Assembly: GCA_043228905.1 (NCBI GenBank)
Contig: JBHGNT010000011.1
Span: forward strand, 2,728,001 to 2,792,000
Length of the DNA stretch: 64,000 nt
Reading direction: 5' to 3'
Source: Azolla caroliniana
Lineage: Eukaryota > Plantae > Polypodiophyta
Notes under the pieces: model-generated
What the model was told of the DNA's origin: nothing
The model's database searches: none
What the model saw: the letters and a program-made list of their open reading frames with translations, nothing else
Shown: one piece after another, positions 38,412 to 52,000 of the stretch
Layout of the letters: each line of letters starts with the position of its first letter
Position numbering within the stretch: the stretch's first letter is position 1
Program-made: the position numbers and the translations under genes

Positions 38412-40770
38412 ATGTCTCACAGGTCGTAGGGCTTATAGTAGGACCTAGTTTATGAGGATAGTCACGATGAAATGTGGTGACCATGTTCGCGACATTGGAA
38501 AGATTTGTTGCAGGTTCCCAAGTTCGATTGTTGGGGGTATAGCCTACCCAATCAACCAAGTAATACAACTTGTTGCACATAATTTTAGAATCGAGAATGG
38601 TAGAAACCTCAAATCTGGGTCGTTCCAAGAACTCAACATGTGGTGGGGGAGTTATAAGACGACCCGGAATTGAACTTGGGGCGTAAGGTTCCAAAAGGGA
38701 TACATGAAACACCGGATGAAGACGTATGTGCAGAGGGAGCCCAAGACGAAATGCAACATCACATATCTTACTGGTGATCATGTATGGGGCAAAACGTTGG
38801 TAAACCAATTTATCGCAAGGCCGAGTAGTGTTGATGTTGTGTTGGAGAAGTCATACACGATCCCCAACACGGAATTTTTTGGAGGAATCTAGGCGATGAC
38901 GAGTGTAACTTGAGCATCATGCAAATTGTGAAGAATGGTAGCGTGAATTTCTTGGAGGCGACTAAGACGATTCTCAGTAGTAGGCTTGGTAGGCACTTCT
39001 AGATACGCATTCATTGTCCATCGAGGATGACGGCCCATATTTGCAAAAAGTGGGGAATATCCCGTAGAAGAATGGACCGAGTTGTTGTAAGTGAATTCAG
39101 CCAAGTGCAAAAAATCAACCCAATCATCTTGTTGGTAGTTGATGAAACAACGAAGATATTGCTCCAATGTTTGGCTGGTACGCTCCGTTTGGCCATTAGT
39201 CTCAGGATGATAGCCCGAAGAAAGCTTAGATAAAATTTGGAGAAGTTTGAGTATGTGCTTCCAAAACTTTGAGATAAATTGTGGACCCCGATCACTAATA
39301 ACATCATCTGGAAGATCATGGTGCTTAAATACCTCCCGCATAATTAGATCGACTGCCTCTTGACTAGTAATAGACTTCGTACATGGCAAGAAATGTGCCA
39401 TTTTGGTAAGACGATAAACCACTGTGAGAATTGCATCATAACCTTTTGAAACTGGGAGATCGGTAATGAAATCCAAGGATATAGACTTCCAAGGATTTTC
39501 TGGAATGGGAAGTGGTTGTAGTAAGCCATAGGATTGGTGTCAAGGACTTTTTGATCGACAACATGTATCACAACTGCGAACATACTCCTCAACAAAATGA
39601 CGAAGGCGAGGCCACCAATATTGTCGAGAAATTAATTCTAGAGTTTTGCGTACTCCAAAATGTCCAGCCATTGGTGAGTCATGGCAGTGTTGTAAAACTT
39701 GTAGTCGTGGGGGACCATTAGGAACATACAATAGGTTTTGTCGAAATAGAAAACTACCATGCCAATAGAACTGACGATAATCATTATGAGGGTTTTTCGA
39801 CTGCGAGCAAGAAGCACGATCTAGGACAATATGATCCAAAACATCCTTGGCGAATTCATCAGTGGCCATATGATCTCGAATGGAATCAAGAATAGTGGAA
39901 TCTTCAAGTGTTTTTATGGCATTAACTACCATTAATCATAGGCGATTAGGACCTAAAAGGATTTGTTTTTGATGCTCAAACGTAGGTTCCCCTCGACGAA
40001 GTTCCATATAAGAGCATCGAGAAAACGCATTTGCTTTGCCTTGATGCATCCCAAGGCGATATATGATTACAAAGTCAAAGTGGGTCAAAAATTGCGCCCA
40101 CCGTGCTTGTCACCGACTCAAGATGCGAGCATTTTGAAAATATGGTAGGTTCTTATGATCATTGTAGACAATGATCTGTTGAGAAGATCCTTCTAGAAAA
40201 TGTTGCCATTGTTGAAAAGAATCCACGATTGCAAGAAGTTCTTTGTCATGGATCTCAAAGTTTATCTTTGCAACTTCAAACTTTTGGGAATGAAAGGCGA
40301 CAAGGTGTAGCTCTCCGTCATCTCCAGTCTGCGATAGGACACTTCCTAGTGCAAAATTGGATGCATCAACTTCAAGGATGAAGCCGCGTTTTGTTGGGTC
40401 GACATGTGCTAAAATAGGTGTCGTTGTAAACGCCCGTTTTAAACTTTCAAATGCCTTGGCTGCATCTAAACTCCATATGAATGGTTGATTTTTGTGTGTG
40501 AGTTGAGTGAGCTGAAGCACAACCTTAGAATAATTTTTAATAAATTTTCGATAAAAGTTTGCAAACCTGAGAAAACATTGTATATCGCACACTCAAACGG
40601 GCATCCACCACTCTAAAATTGCTCGAACCTTCATGGGGTCTATAGAAATACCATCTGATGATACAACGTACCCCAAAAATTCCACTTGATTCTGGTCGAA
40701 ACTACACTTTTCTAATTTTGTGTAGAGACCATATTCTCGTAGTCGACGTAGTACCTGACAAACATGTTCT
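38412..40770 (-). mobile_element. Chromovirus (Tcn1-like Gypsy) pol remnant: RT end, RNase H, integrase, chromodomain
   Basis: EVDASNFALGSVLSQ and IHDKELLAIV (RNase H); HDSPMAGHFG...CDTC (HHCC); MDFITDLP, SDRGPQF, TNGQTER (DDE); FEVSTILDSK...YLVDWVGY...RTWEP (chromodomain). Contains frameshifts and stops. Confidence 0.9.
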
Positions 40771-41460
40771 CTCTTTCTCTCTCTTTCTCTTGATAGTTTA
40801 AACCAATTTGGTTTTTGGAGGATTGATAGATCCCTATTTAGAAATCCCTATAGAGTAATATAGATTACTCTAGAATAATTTAGGACATTCTAGAATATAG
40901 AGTAACCTAGTAGTCTAGAAGGTTTATAGAGTATTCTAGAAGGTTCTAGCATATAGAACACTCTAGAATATTCTAGGACATTCTAGAATATAAAGTAATA
41001 TATAATATTCTTAAGATATTGGATTATATATTCTAAAAACCATACACATAAATATGTTACTATAATGGTTAAGGATTTGACATGTGTATAACAAGTTTGT
41101 GGCCTCAAATCCTTTTGAGGCATGATGTGAGTGTCATCATGACAGAAGGGGCATGTTGAGAGTCAAACTCAACTTCTCGAGTGTGGGAACACACTCTAGG
41201 ATACTCAAGTGTGTGACCACCCCACCTCTTTGTATAGTAACTAGTGTGTCATAGAAGTTAATATCCTATGATACATATTCTTTAAAGAAGTTAAAACTCG
41301 ACCTCTTTCCCAAGAGGTGCCTCTAGTGAGAGAACCTAGAGAGAAGGTGACTACATAAGCAACTTCTCCTTTTCTTTTGTAACTATTGGTCATTCTTGTT
41401 GTACAGTTTTCTGTTTTTCTGTAACCTCTCTCTCTCTCTCTTTTGTGAAAACTCACAATT
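40771..41460. mobile_element. LTR-like fragment rich in TCTAGAA/TTCTAG motifs
   Basis: Repeated TCTAGAATATTCTAG-type words and a TATA/(CT)n layout; a related inverted fragment seems present at ~14020-14375. Ends are not defined. Confidence 0.35.
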
Positions 41461-42724
41461 ATATTAATAAATGTGTGTAAAAAACACTACTTACAATGGG
41501 TGTGACCATGAAGTATGGACACCCACTAACCACACTACACTACATGGGTAGTGGAACATGTTGAATTGCTAATAGGCAAGACGAATATTCCACCAAGGAA
41601 AGGATTTCCACTTGCTCCAATAAAGAAAATTGACACATTAGTACTCCCTTCAACTTTCGTAGATATGCTTTCACTCCATGTCTACCATCGAATATAAAAG
41701 CGTTGCGCGTATTCCAATTATAACGCAATCCCCAATATCTCAAAAATAGAAAAACAATCTCCATCTCTGACTTTGGGTCCACCTATGTAATTTGTGCAAA
41801 CACCCACTGTCTAGGTGTCAAATAACACTGTGATAAAACTTGCCAAATTTGAGAAATGTAACTCCAAATCTGAGAAGCAATCGGGCATTGTATAAATCGA
41901 TGAGTACTATCTTCCATTTGAACAATTAGATGGCTGCATACAATGCATACATAATTAGATAGCTTGACATTTTCAGTTGAGTATGCATGTTAGAATTCGT
42001 AAAATTGTCGTAAGTGCTAAAGAAATGGTTATCACATTGATGAAGTTCTTGATAGCCTCGCTAAAACAATTTGATAGATTTTGTCTACGAGCACGACTTC
42101 TCAACAAATCAAGTGCTACTTTTTGAACCTTTGATACACTGGGCAATTTTGCCGAGAAAAACACGTGTATTAATAAATGCATATGCACACACAATCCATT
42201 GGATAAGTATAGTCTTGAGGTAATTAATATTTCAAGAGCAACATTTGGTGGTGACAACATGGATGAAAGCAGTAGAAAACAAAAGAAGAAGTCATTGTTT
42301 CACTTGAAGTTAATGTCTTTGGGAAAATGCCAAGTGGCCAACAAGAATAGGGCATCATAGTTAGTTTTCAAGCGAAGACCAGTCTAGCTACGATATTACC
42401 TACATTGGATAGTTGGTTGAAAAACAAAGTGTTCATCGAACGAAACACGATAAGAAGCAAAAGTGACACCCGGAGGTATAATCAAATACACATAGGAGTA
42501 GGCTTTACTTGTTGACATTTAAAGAGAAAGTATGTATGTCGATGTATGTATATATCCATATGTGTATATACTATATACACATACATATGTGTATGTTGTG
42601 TATGTGTATATGTATAATGTATGTATATATTCAAAGGCTAGAACATGAGAATATGGTAGAGTGGCATTTCTGGAAATTGAGGAAACATGGGGGTCATTTT
42701 GTTTTGAATATTATGATATTCTCC

Positions 42725-42827
42725 GCCACGTGGCATGACGCTGGCACGATCGCAGCGGCTGACGCCTGCCACGTCCGCAGCCCGCTTTCCACGTAAGCAC
42801 GCGCTGACCTGTTCCCCTACCACGTGG
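42725..42827 (+). promoter_or_regulatory. ABRE/G-box cluster upstream of the fusion gene
   Basis: GCCACGTGGC 42725-42734, GCCACGTC 42768-42775, CCACGTA 42789-42795, CACGCG 42798-42803, CCACGTGG 42820-42827, and TGACG at 42736 and 42760. This is a GC-rich patch in AT-rich DNA ~260-360 nt before the ATG. Confidence 0.7.
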
Positions 42828-42893
42828 ATTGCCAGCTAGGACCGTTCTCCCTGAGCTGTAACTACAAAAGCTCAGTGACGCAGACGGCGATGG

Positions 42894-42896
<3 letters not shown>

Positions 42897-42929
<33 letters not shown>
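42897..42929 (+). repeat. (CT)n microsatellite in the probable 5'UTR
   Basis: Directly visible; typical plant 5'UTR pyrimidine tract. Confidence 0.9.
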
Positions 42930-42932
<3 letters not shown>

Positions 42933-43082
42933 TCCTGTTCCTCTCCTTCTCGACGCTGTTGTTGCTGGATTAGGTTTCCATTTCTTTCACTGCTTTAATC
43001 TCTGCGACAATTTCTGTGAAAACCCTAACTACCTTGTTGACCAGATTCTTTACTGTTTCTCAGCTAGGAACTCATTGCAGAT

Positions 43083-46000
43083 ATGGAGGTCAGTCTATCC
43101 TCAGATTATCATCAGAAAGCACATGAGAAGAAGAAGGAGCTCCATAAAGCTTCAGACATATTTGTCCGAGCTCTCGAAAACGAGAACATCAAGTAAGTCA
43201 TCGAGAGAGAGATCACAGAGAGGATTCCTGAAGAAGACGAATTATAACCAGTTATTAGAGATCGTCACTATTGTAATCTATAAGCATTGTGATCAAAATA
43301 TAATCTTTCATCTCATCAATCTTCAAGCTAATTCCATTCCATGGATCGTCTGCCCTTAGGCTAAGTGTGATGGTTGAATTCTCTCGGAACAGGTTTAAGC
43401 ATGTTAGTATAGATATTTATACTGAAGATTTAAGGCGAATACATATTCAATATGTATAGAAGTTTAATTAATTACCGAAAACAATCCCTATTATCACGTG
43501 TTCCAAATTCCCGAACCTAATTTTTAATACGCCGATCAAGAATGATTAATTCAGAATGAATTTCATTAATATTGTTTGATCTGTTCGAACTGAATAACGA
43601 GTGAAGTAAATGATTCACGTGAATTGCCATTCCATCCATCCATTGAATTCAAGTCTTTCCATAGTGAATAATGATATGATTAATCCATGGAATTACTCTC
43701 CAGACACCGGATCTCCTATTATAATAGCTAAATGTTTTCATGGTAACGATTTTTATGTATAATGAACAATATATTTTGGTCATTATTGTTGCGTCTTAAA
43801 TTTCTGTGATCTTTAAGATGAAAAAGTTAATGATTTGTCTGCTTTAATTTTGTTTAGATCTACTCAAATGTGATTGCAAATCAGTGAAAGTTGATTTGTG
43901 CCCAGTTCTGATCCTCATGATCAAGGATTTGATCAGAACGATTGATCTGCATAAAACAAAGACAGAAATTAGTACTTAATGTTTGTTTAGAAGAAGAAGA
44001 AGACGAAGAAGAAGATGTTCTATTAGCTCCATGGAAGAATTAGAGAATATAATGGTTTAGATAGAGATACACGCTAATGTCGATCAAAAAGATTAATTCG
44101 TCTACAGTAGTCATGGCACACGCTACATCTAATTTTCTTCTTCCGTGCATAACATGTCCTTAATTCTATATTTTCATAAATATTTTCCTGCAAACACATG
44201 TAATAAGCATCAGTGAAACATTTCAATATGACCTTCTGACTTAGTGAACTATGTTCATGGATGGCCGTTCTCATTTATATTAGATTGAAGAATCCAAAGC
44301 TCTCCATTTCGCAAAAAACCTTAGAGAAGAGATAAACTGAGCGTTAATTATTATTGGCAATTTAGGTGCGCATTGAGCATATCCATCATGTTAGCTTGGT
44401 AACTTGGAATTGACACATAAAGTCCATTCATTTTCGGCATTCTGACTTTCAAACCGCATTAAAATGTTTGGGTTCACCATTCAATGATTTTACTTTTCTG
44501 ACACTCCGAATTGCAATAAATAGAAATAACACAAATATCATCATAATTAAGTATGAGAAATTAGAATTGTGCTAAGTAATTTTCTTCTCGCATAATATAT
44601 AACAAACATTTCAGGAGATTGTTTCTTAGTTCTCTCAATGAGAGATCTATAATGATTGACCCCGCAAGTTTTTGCTATATCTAGTTGAAACGCCCGTGGT
44701 TACTCCAATAAAGGGACAGAGAGGAGAAGGAATTTAAAAACATAATTGCTCAAACAGCACATACAACTGTCAAGCAAAAGCTTGGATGATTTTATACATA
44801 TAATTGCTCAAATTGCACAAATAGTTGGGGAAAACAATGAAAAACTCAAGGGCGGGCATTTGAGGAGCTAAAGAAAAGATTTGGGGGAAACGGGGGGCAT
44901 TGGGAGTCTTTCCCAGAGTCTAATTGTGTAGAGGGGTGACAATATAATGTGTATATCTGCGCAGATACATCTTTGGAATACCAGGCGAGGAGAATCTGGA
45001 TCTACTGGAATCTCTCAGAGATTCAAGTATAAAGTTAATATTGACAAGGCATGAGCAAGCAGCTGGATTCATGGCAGCAACAGTGGGAAGGCTAACTGGG
45101 AAAGTGGGTGTCTGTCTCTCAACTCTAGGTCCAGGAGCAACTAATTTTACAACTGCTGCAGCTTATGCACAATTAGCAGGATTCCCTATGGTGAGTAACC
45201 ATTCCTTAATAATATGCAATTACTATTTGGTTTATTATATGAATTTATTCCATTCTAGCCACATCTAATGCATCGCTAAAATGCACGGATCTGTTTCATT
45301 GATTGGAATAAATGTAGTCTATTTATCAAAGTTTTTTGTAAGACTTGTTTTTCCTTTTATTCAATCGAACCTTTCTTGGATATTTTTATCAGAAATTAAA
45401 TTGCGATGGAAATTTGGTTATTCCCCACCACGCTTGATTTATTCTGTTTTAGTCATTGTTGAATCCTATGGTAAACGTTATAAACTTCTGACTTTTACAA
45501 CAGTTATTTGAGATTTTTCACTGGTTTTCATTAGTAGAATCCTGTAGCAAGCTCGCAGTTTGGGAAATTGATTGATTTTGATTACTAGAATATTGCGGTG
45601 AAGAATGTCGTCAATAAATGCATATATTTATAAAGTATCTACTGCATGTGTATGAATGTGTGTATATGTAACTACTTTTGTTTTTATACCTAAATTCACA
45701 TAATAAAGGGAGACAAAGAAAGAGAAATAGAGAGGGGGGGGGGGAGATCATGATTGGGCTCTGTTCATCTACAACAGAGGAGAAGATGCCTACCTTAAAA
45801 AATATGAAACGGGAAGTTTGAATTCCTTTATATGTATGTATGTGCGTGTTTGTTTATTAATTCAACGTGTACTAATCTGTAAAGTGAATGTTTACAAATT
45901 ATGCCATAGATGGTTGTAATGGCTTGTTTAACCTATGAGTATCCATCCTAAGGTGAGGCTAAAATGCAGTAGGTAGAATACTGAAGTTCAAATATGCATT

Positions 46001-49000
46001 GATATACTACATAGGTGAGCGTTTTATCTACTATAGCAGTATAAACAAACCAAAACATCTGTTTCGAGCCCTACAAACTACTCTATTGCTTTTTATAAAA
46101 GATGGATTTATAGATTTATCCAGTATTCACTTGTGCAAGTTTATCTTTCAATAATAGCTGTCTGCATACGTTCTAACTTACATGCTCTCAAATGGACTTG
46201 CTCAGATGATGATAACAGGCCAAAAACCTATTCGTAAAAGCAAACAAGGCTCCTTTCAGGTTATCGATATAGTGGAGAGTATGCGGCCAATCACAAAGGT
46301 AATAAAATAACTACAGAAAACATTCACGGTTCAATCATTCATGTGTGACATCAAATTTAGATGAATTTAGGCCTTCATAAATAGATTCAAAATTTCAACT
46401 TTGCAGTAGCAAAGGTGTCATGTTCCAACCACGCTTGCATCAGAAATTTAGATATTACGTCATTAATTAGTAGCTTCAAAATTTCAAGTTTCCAGTGTCT
46501 AAACATAGCAAAGCTTTCAAATCTCCAATCATTTATCCCGGATGAGTAAGTTAGGCTAATGTCGGTGTATCAAATAATTTTCAAAATGTTCAAATTTGCA
46601 GTTTACTAAGCAGATAGCAGATGGTGAGCTTATTTCTTCTTTGGTAAGGGATAGTGTAAGACAAGCAGAAGAGGAGCGTCCTGGTGCAGTGCATTTAGAA
46701 TTACCAGAAGACATAGCTGAAACAATGGCAGAGGGAGACATTTTTCCTGTTCACACGGTTCGGCGTCCCGTAGCCGAAGCGAAGGCCATAAAAAAAGCTG
46801 TGGAAATGATAGAAGCAGCTTCTTGTCCTTTGTTGTTGATTGCTGCTGGAGCAAATAGAAAACGTACTCAAAAGATGTAAGTCTTGATACACATGGAAAA
46901 TGGTTACCATGCATGGAATGAAAAATAGAGCGGGAAAAGCTCCCAAATGCCCCAAGGGTTTGTTTATTTCTACAAGTGCCCCTGAATTTTCGTTATTTCT
47001 CCAGATGCCCTCATTCCACCCCTAAAGTAGAGAAAAAAGGGACTAATTGACCGTGTAATTGCTCTGAGATAGTGGTCTTTTGAGAATAACGAAAAGTCAG
47101 GGATATTTGTAGAAATAAAGAAGAATTTGAGGATATTTCGAAGCTTTTTCAAAACAAAAACTATATCACATTCATTATCCAGAAATCACACATAGACATT
47201 TATGGATGTAAGTCTTGTTTATGGAAGTAAGGATAGTGTATGGAAATTTGACAGGAAAGAAAAACAAACTTTATATATCTTTATCTCTAAAAACGAAACA
47301 AACTACATTGAATGGGAGAGTAGTGTAAACCAAAATTATATATCACTGTGTTTAAAATTTACACAAGGCTGGATTTAAGTCTTATATGGAGGGAAAAATA
47401 GTGTATGCACGTCAGATATGAAGGGAAAACAAGAATTATGTATCAGTGATCTCTAAAATATACACAAACATTGGATATTTTATATTGGAAGAATAGCGTA
47501 TGGACATTACGTAGGCAAGCAAAACAAAAATTCTCTCTCTCTCTCTCTCTCTCTCTCTACAATTTACGAATGGGATTTATGTAAGTGTACACATTATATT
47601 CGAAGAATAATGTGCAGACAGGCTGGAAGAGAAATACTATATATCATTATCTCTAAAATCTGACAAAGTTTATATAGGGTCTATCATATATAATTCATTT
47701 CAAACATGATTCGAGAGGTTAGTGCAGGACGTAGATGGTTCCATGTCTAACTTCTTGACATGGCTCTTAATTAAAACCAATTTCTATTGTTCTTTTGTGA
47801 ACATTGTGCATTGGAGCATTTAGGATTTTGGCCCGGATGAAGTCATCGTTAGGAATAGTTGAAAGAGTTTACGAGCTTTCTATGCAGTGGGTGGTGTGAT
47901 TAGGGCTAAGCTGTGGAGACTCTTGATGCTTTTCTGTGTAGGGAGGAGAAAGTAAACTATATGAGATCTTAGGCATATACAGTGGGATTGCAAAGATTTG
48001 TAGAAAAGACGTATCACATATAAAGAGTCACTAGATCTGAGAAGTATCTAGTTCCATTGTCTCTTTGCTTTGGGCCAATTTTGGCCTTAGAAGACGTTAA
48101 TATATCTTTCGTTCTTTGGGCACAAACAATTTTTTGGCAAAGTGGTCAGATAGTTAGATTCCGTACAAAAAATACTGAAGCAAGAAGTTGTTGACGCATT
48201 TTAAGTCTCAAGAATCTGGAAGTTAAACATTCTATCGATCAAGCCAAATTCCATTGGGAAGGATAATGTGATAAAGCAACGGGAGGTTACATAATATTCT
48301 CCTCTATCAAAATTGTGACTCAGTGAGCAAATTTGCAAAATGGATGGAACCACTTTCAAGGAGTACTGGAATTACCTTGGTAAATTAAGTTTTGGTTTTA
48401 GACCCTAAATCCCATCAAAGCTGTGTGGGATGGGACTGTATGAATGATATAAACTGAAATAGATTAATTTCTTGTGAAGAGAAATGAGAACAGACATTCA
48501 TGCACAAAATATTTAGGGATCAATCTTAACAGATGTTTTTTTCATGTAACTCAGGCTTCGACAGTTTATAGACAGACTAGGCATACCTTTTGTGACAACT
48601 CAAATGGGGAAAGGAGTAATAACTGGTAATGTCTTGAGAAAAGGAGCATCCACACCCTTAAAAACTTTAAGGCACTAAAAAAAGGAATTAAGTGATACTT
48701 ATAATGAAGAATTGGAACTCTTATGAATATTTAAAATTGACTGAATTGTGAGCCTGGAAGGGCATCCACCAGTATTTCTGTTTTCCTAACTTATTCTCAG
48801 TCAGGAAACTGTGTTTATGATGGAAAGTTCACTTCCAAGTTAGAAACCAAAGGTAGTAATCGTCGACTTAGACTGATGAAATGCTACCTACGTGCTTTGT
48901 TTCTACAGCTTATTTAATGTACAATGATACTACCGTGCATTTAATTCAATCAATCCTTTCTAAGTTAAGGTGTGTGTATTAGCTCATTTTCCATAAAGAA

Positions 49001-52000
49001 GAGCACACATTATCCTTTTGTTTATTCTGCAGAGGCTCATCCCTTATACCTTGGATGTTGTGCTTTATCGGCCATGGATTATCCACATATATGCGTTGAA
49101 AATGCTGACCTTATCATTAACATTGGTCATGATGTTGTTGAAAAGCCACCGTTCTTCATGGAGTAAGCATACTTTGTACATCAGCTGTTTGTTGAGTTTG
49201 ACAATGTGCTTTCCATTTATGATTAACTTTATAATGTGCAGGCATGGAAAACCTCCTGTAGTTATACACGTAAACTTCTACTCTGCCAAAGTGGATAACG
49301 TCTACTTTCCACAGGTATATCTAGAGAGCTATTTTTAGCTTTGCATCTCGATCTGTGCAAGTTTGCACATGTCCTGTTTGTGCATTTATTGATACTGTTG
49401 CAGGTGGAAGTGGTCGGTGATATTGCTAATGCAGTATGGCAACTTAACGAAAGCTTAATAAGGCAGTCACATTGGGACTATGGATACATGCTTCAGGTAC
49501 AATGCGAACCGTAACCCATGAAAATAAAACTAATTTGGAGAGTTTTATACCACATCAATTTTGCTTTTTGAATCCCATCGGCAACGAATCATATATATTT
49601 GAAGAACTCTATTAAATGATGCATAGGTTGTATCAAACTGATACATCATTTTTCATAATCTCCATGATATAGCTCCTGGCACCTGTGTAGACAGGAATGA
49701 GAAATTTTATGTGTAGCACATGCTAGCCCATGTATCTATGGAGCATAGATGCTGCAAAAGCATGGTCAACAGCCTGCGTGGATTCATTTTTACAGAAATA
49801 AGCTTTAACTAAAAAACTTGCTTTAATCTTAATTCTAGACATAGCTAGGCTTCTCAAGTGGGTTCTTTATATTTTGCATGGATATAGACAAAACGTGAAA
49901 TGGAGTTGCACATGATAAAGGGTGTAGATGATTCGTCTTTTCCATTGCAACCTCAACGTGTTGTTGCTGATTTGAGGTGCAGTACTTTGTTTCATATCTT
50001 GCTTGTGAATTTCGTTTTACATGTAAGAAGAAAGAAGGATATATTAACATCTTTTAAGAGGCCCAAATGGCATATAAAACCAAACAATACATTACATTTT
50101 AAAATGCTGTCTCTTCTTTGAGAACAACAAACTAAAATAATGTAACTGAGAAAAAAGTAAATAGAATAAGACTAAGACGTGACTAAAGAAGAGGATACAA
50201 TTCAAATCACGATACAGAAGATTGGAAAATGTTGGAAAAAGTTAGGACAAAATGATCATTTAGGAAATAGTTGGTGATATCTACTCAAAATAAAGAAAGA
50301 ACTATTTTCAGAAATACCATTTTTCTAAGATAAAATCAAACTGATCTGCGAGGCATACTATTAGAATTAATTATGCAAATTCTTTCATTCTCATATTATA
50401 ATAATCTTTTTCTGCATTTATTTCCTGTAGTTTTACTACTTCCTCCCATATACATAAGCATTCAAGATCAAGTATCCAAGAGAACTTTGAAAGAAAGAAA
50501 GCTATGTTAACATATTTTAAGAGGCTATAATTATCTATAAGACCAGACAAGAGATTACATCTCACAAAGTTTTCTCTTCTTTAAGAACAACAAACCAAAA
50601 TAGATACACTAAAGATATGGTACTAAAGAATGTATATACCTAAGGACTTCAGATTCTAAGGACTTACATATACTGAAGCTTTTGTCTTTGAAAATCCTCT
50701 GACATGGACTGTTCCAAGATGGGGTGATTATCGCCTTTATTTGAGGGTGACTAGGGTGATGAGTCCGTGTTCCAGATGGTTGTGCCCTACGTGCATGACA
50801 CATTTCTCTTTATTTCCTGATCTATTGAGTGTCTTGGTTGAGACCACAGTTCTGTAGTCCTTGATTGATTGTAGCACCAGGAGTGATAGAACTAAAGAAA
50901 ATTGTGATCGTTCTTTATTAATGAGTTGTTTTGATCATATCGCTGTCCTTCAACAAGTTCTCTCAATGTCTCTTGAGTTCTAATAAAAATAGTCCCAATG
51001 CATCGTTGGCCGTTGTATTCCATTATCTTGAATATCAAACAAAAGTCTTGTTTGAATAGGCAGAGGTATCTACCTCTAATGACATAAAAAAGATCAGTTG
51101 GCAGAGATAGTGTTGTTCCAATACCAGAAAAGTTGAGACGAAATGAGAAATTGCATATTTATCAGGAGCCAACCTGAAATGTTCAAAGGAGGATCCACCC
51201 CCCTGATGGCATATCCGTTCTTCCTTAGGTTAACACGTGTATATCTGTCTGTCTCAATTTGTAACTGATGTGAAGAGGTCCTGAGCTTCCCTATTACACT
51301 ATGGAGTGCATGAGATAGATGTGTATCCGTATAGGGTCTGGCAATAAATTTTGAGCTTACAAACCATCTTCTCTTTGCCTTTCGCCACAAAACCTTCAGG
51401 CTGCTGCATATATATGTCTTCATGCAGATCGCCATGTAAAAAGGCGGTCTTCACATCCATCTGTATGAGCTCCATATCTTCAGCTGCAACTAAGCCCAAA
51501 ATGGTTCTTAATTTAGTCATCTTGACTACAGGCGAGAAGATCTCATCAAAATCAACTCCATATTCCTGCTTGTATCCTTTTGCAACCAATCTTGCTTTGT
51601 ACTTTGGCGAGGAATCAGAAATGACCTTCATTTTATAAACCCATTTGCATGGAAGTGTTTTCTGCCCTTTACGCAACTGGACCAAATCCCAAGTGTCATT
51701 TTTCTCAAGAGATTCCATCTCTGAAAACATGGCTTTATACCATTTCTTGTTGTCCTCTCTGTCCATTGCTTCCTTGAAGCAAGACGGTTCGCCACAATCA
51801 GTCACCATGACATAATCAGCCACACAGTTTGCATCAGGAACAAATCTTTCAGGCTGTTTAGTAACTCTAGACGATCTCCTAACCCAATGCTCATTGTTTG
51901 GTAGCTGTTGAGCCTGCAAATCATCATTTTCAACTTGCTGTCCAGGCATTTCAGCTCTGCAAATCAGCATTAACAGCTTGCTGTTCTAGCCGTTCCTGCA

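Noticed and set aside
41500-42420. Possible decayed gene or transposase fragment upstream of the fusion gene
   Set aside because: Short ORFs without diagnostic motifs; cannot be supported from sequence alone.
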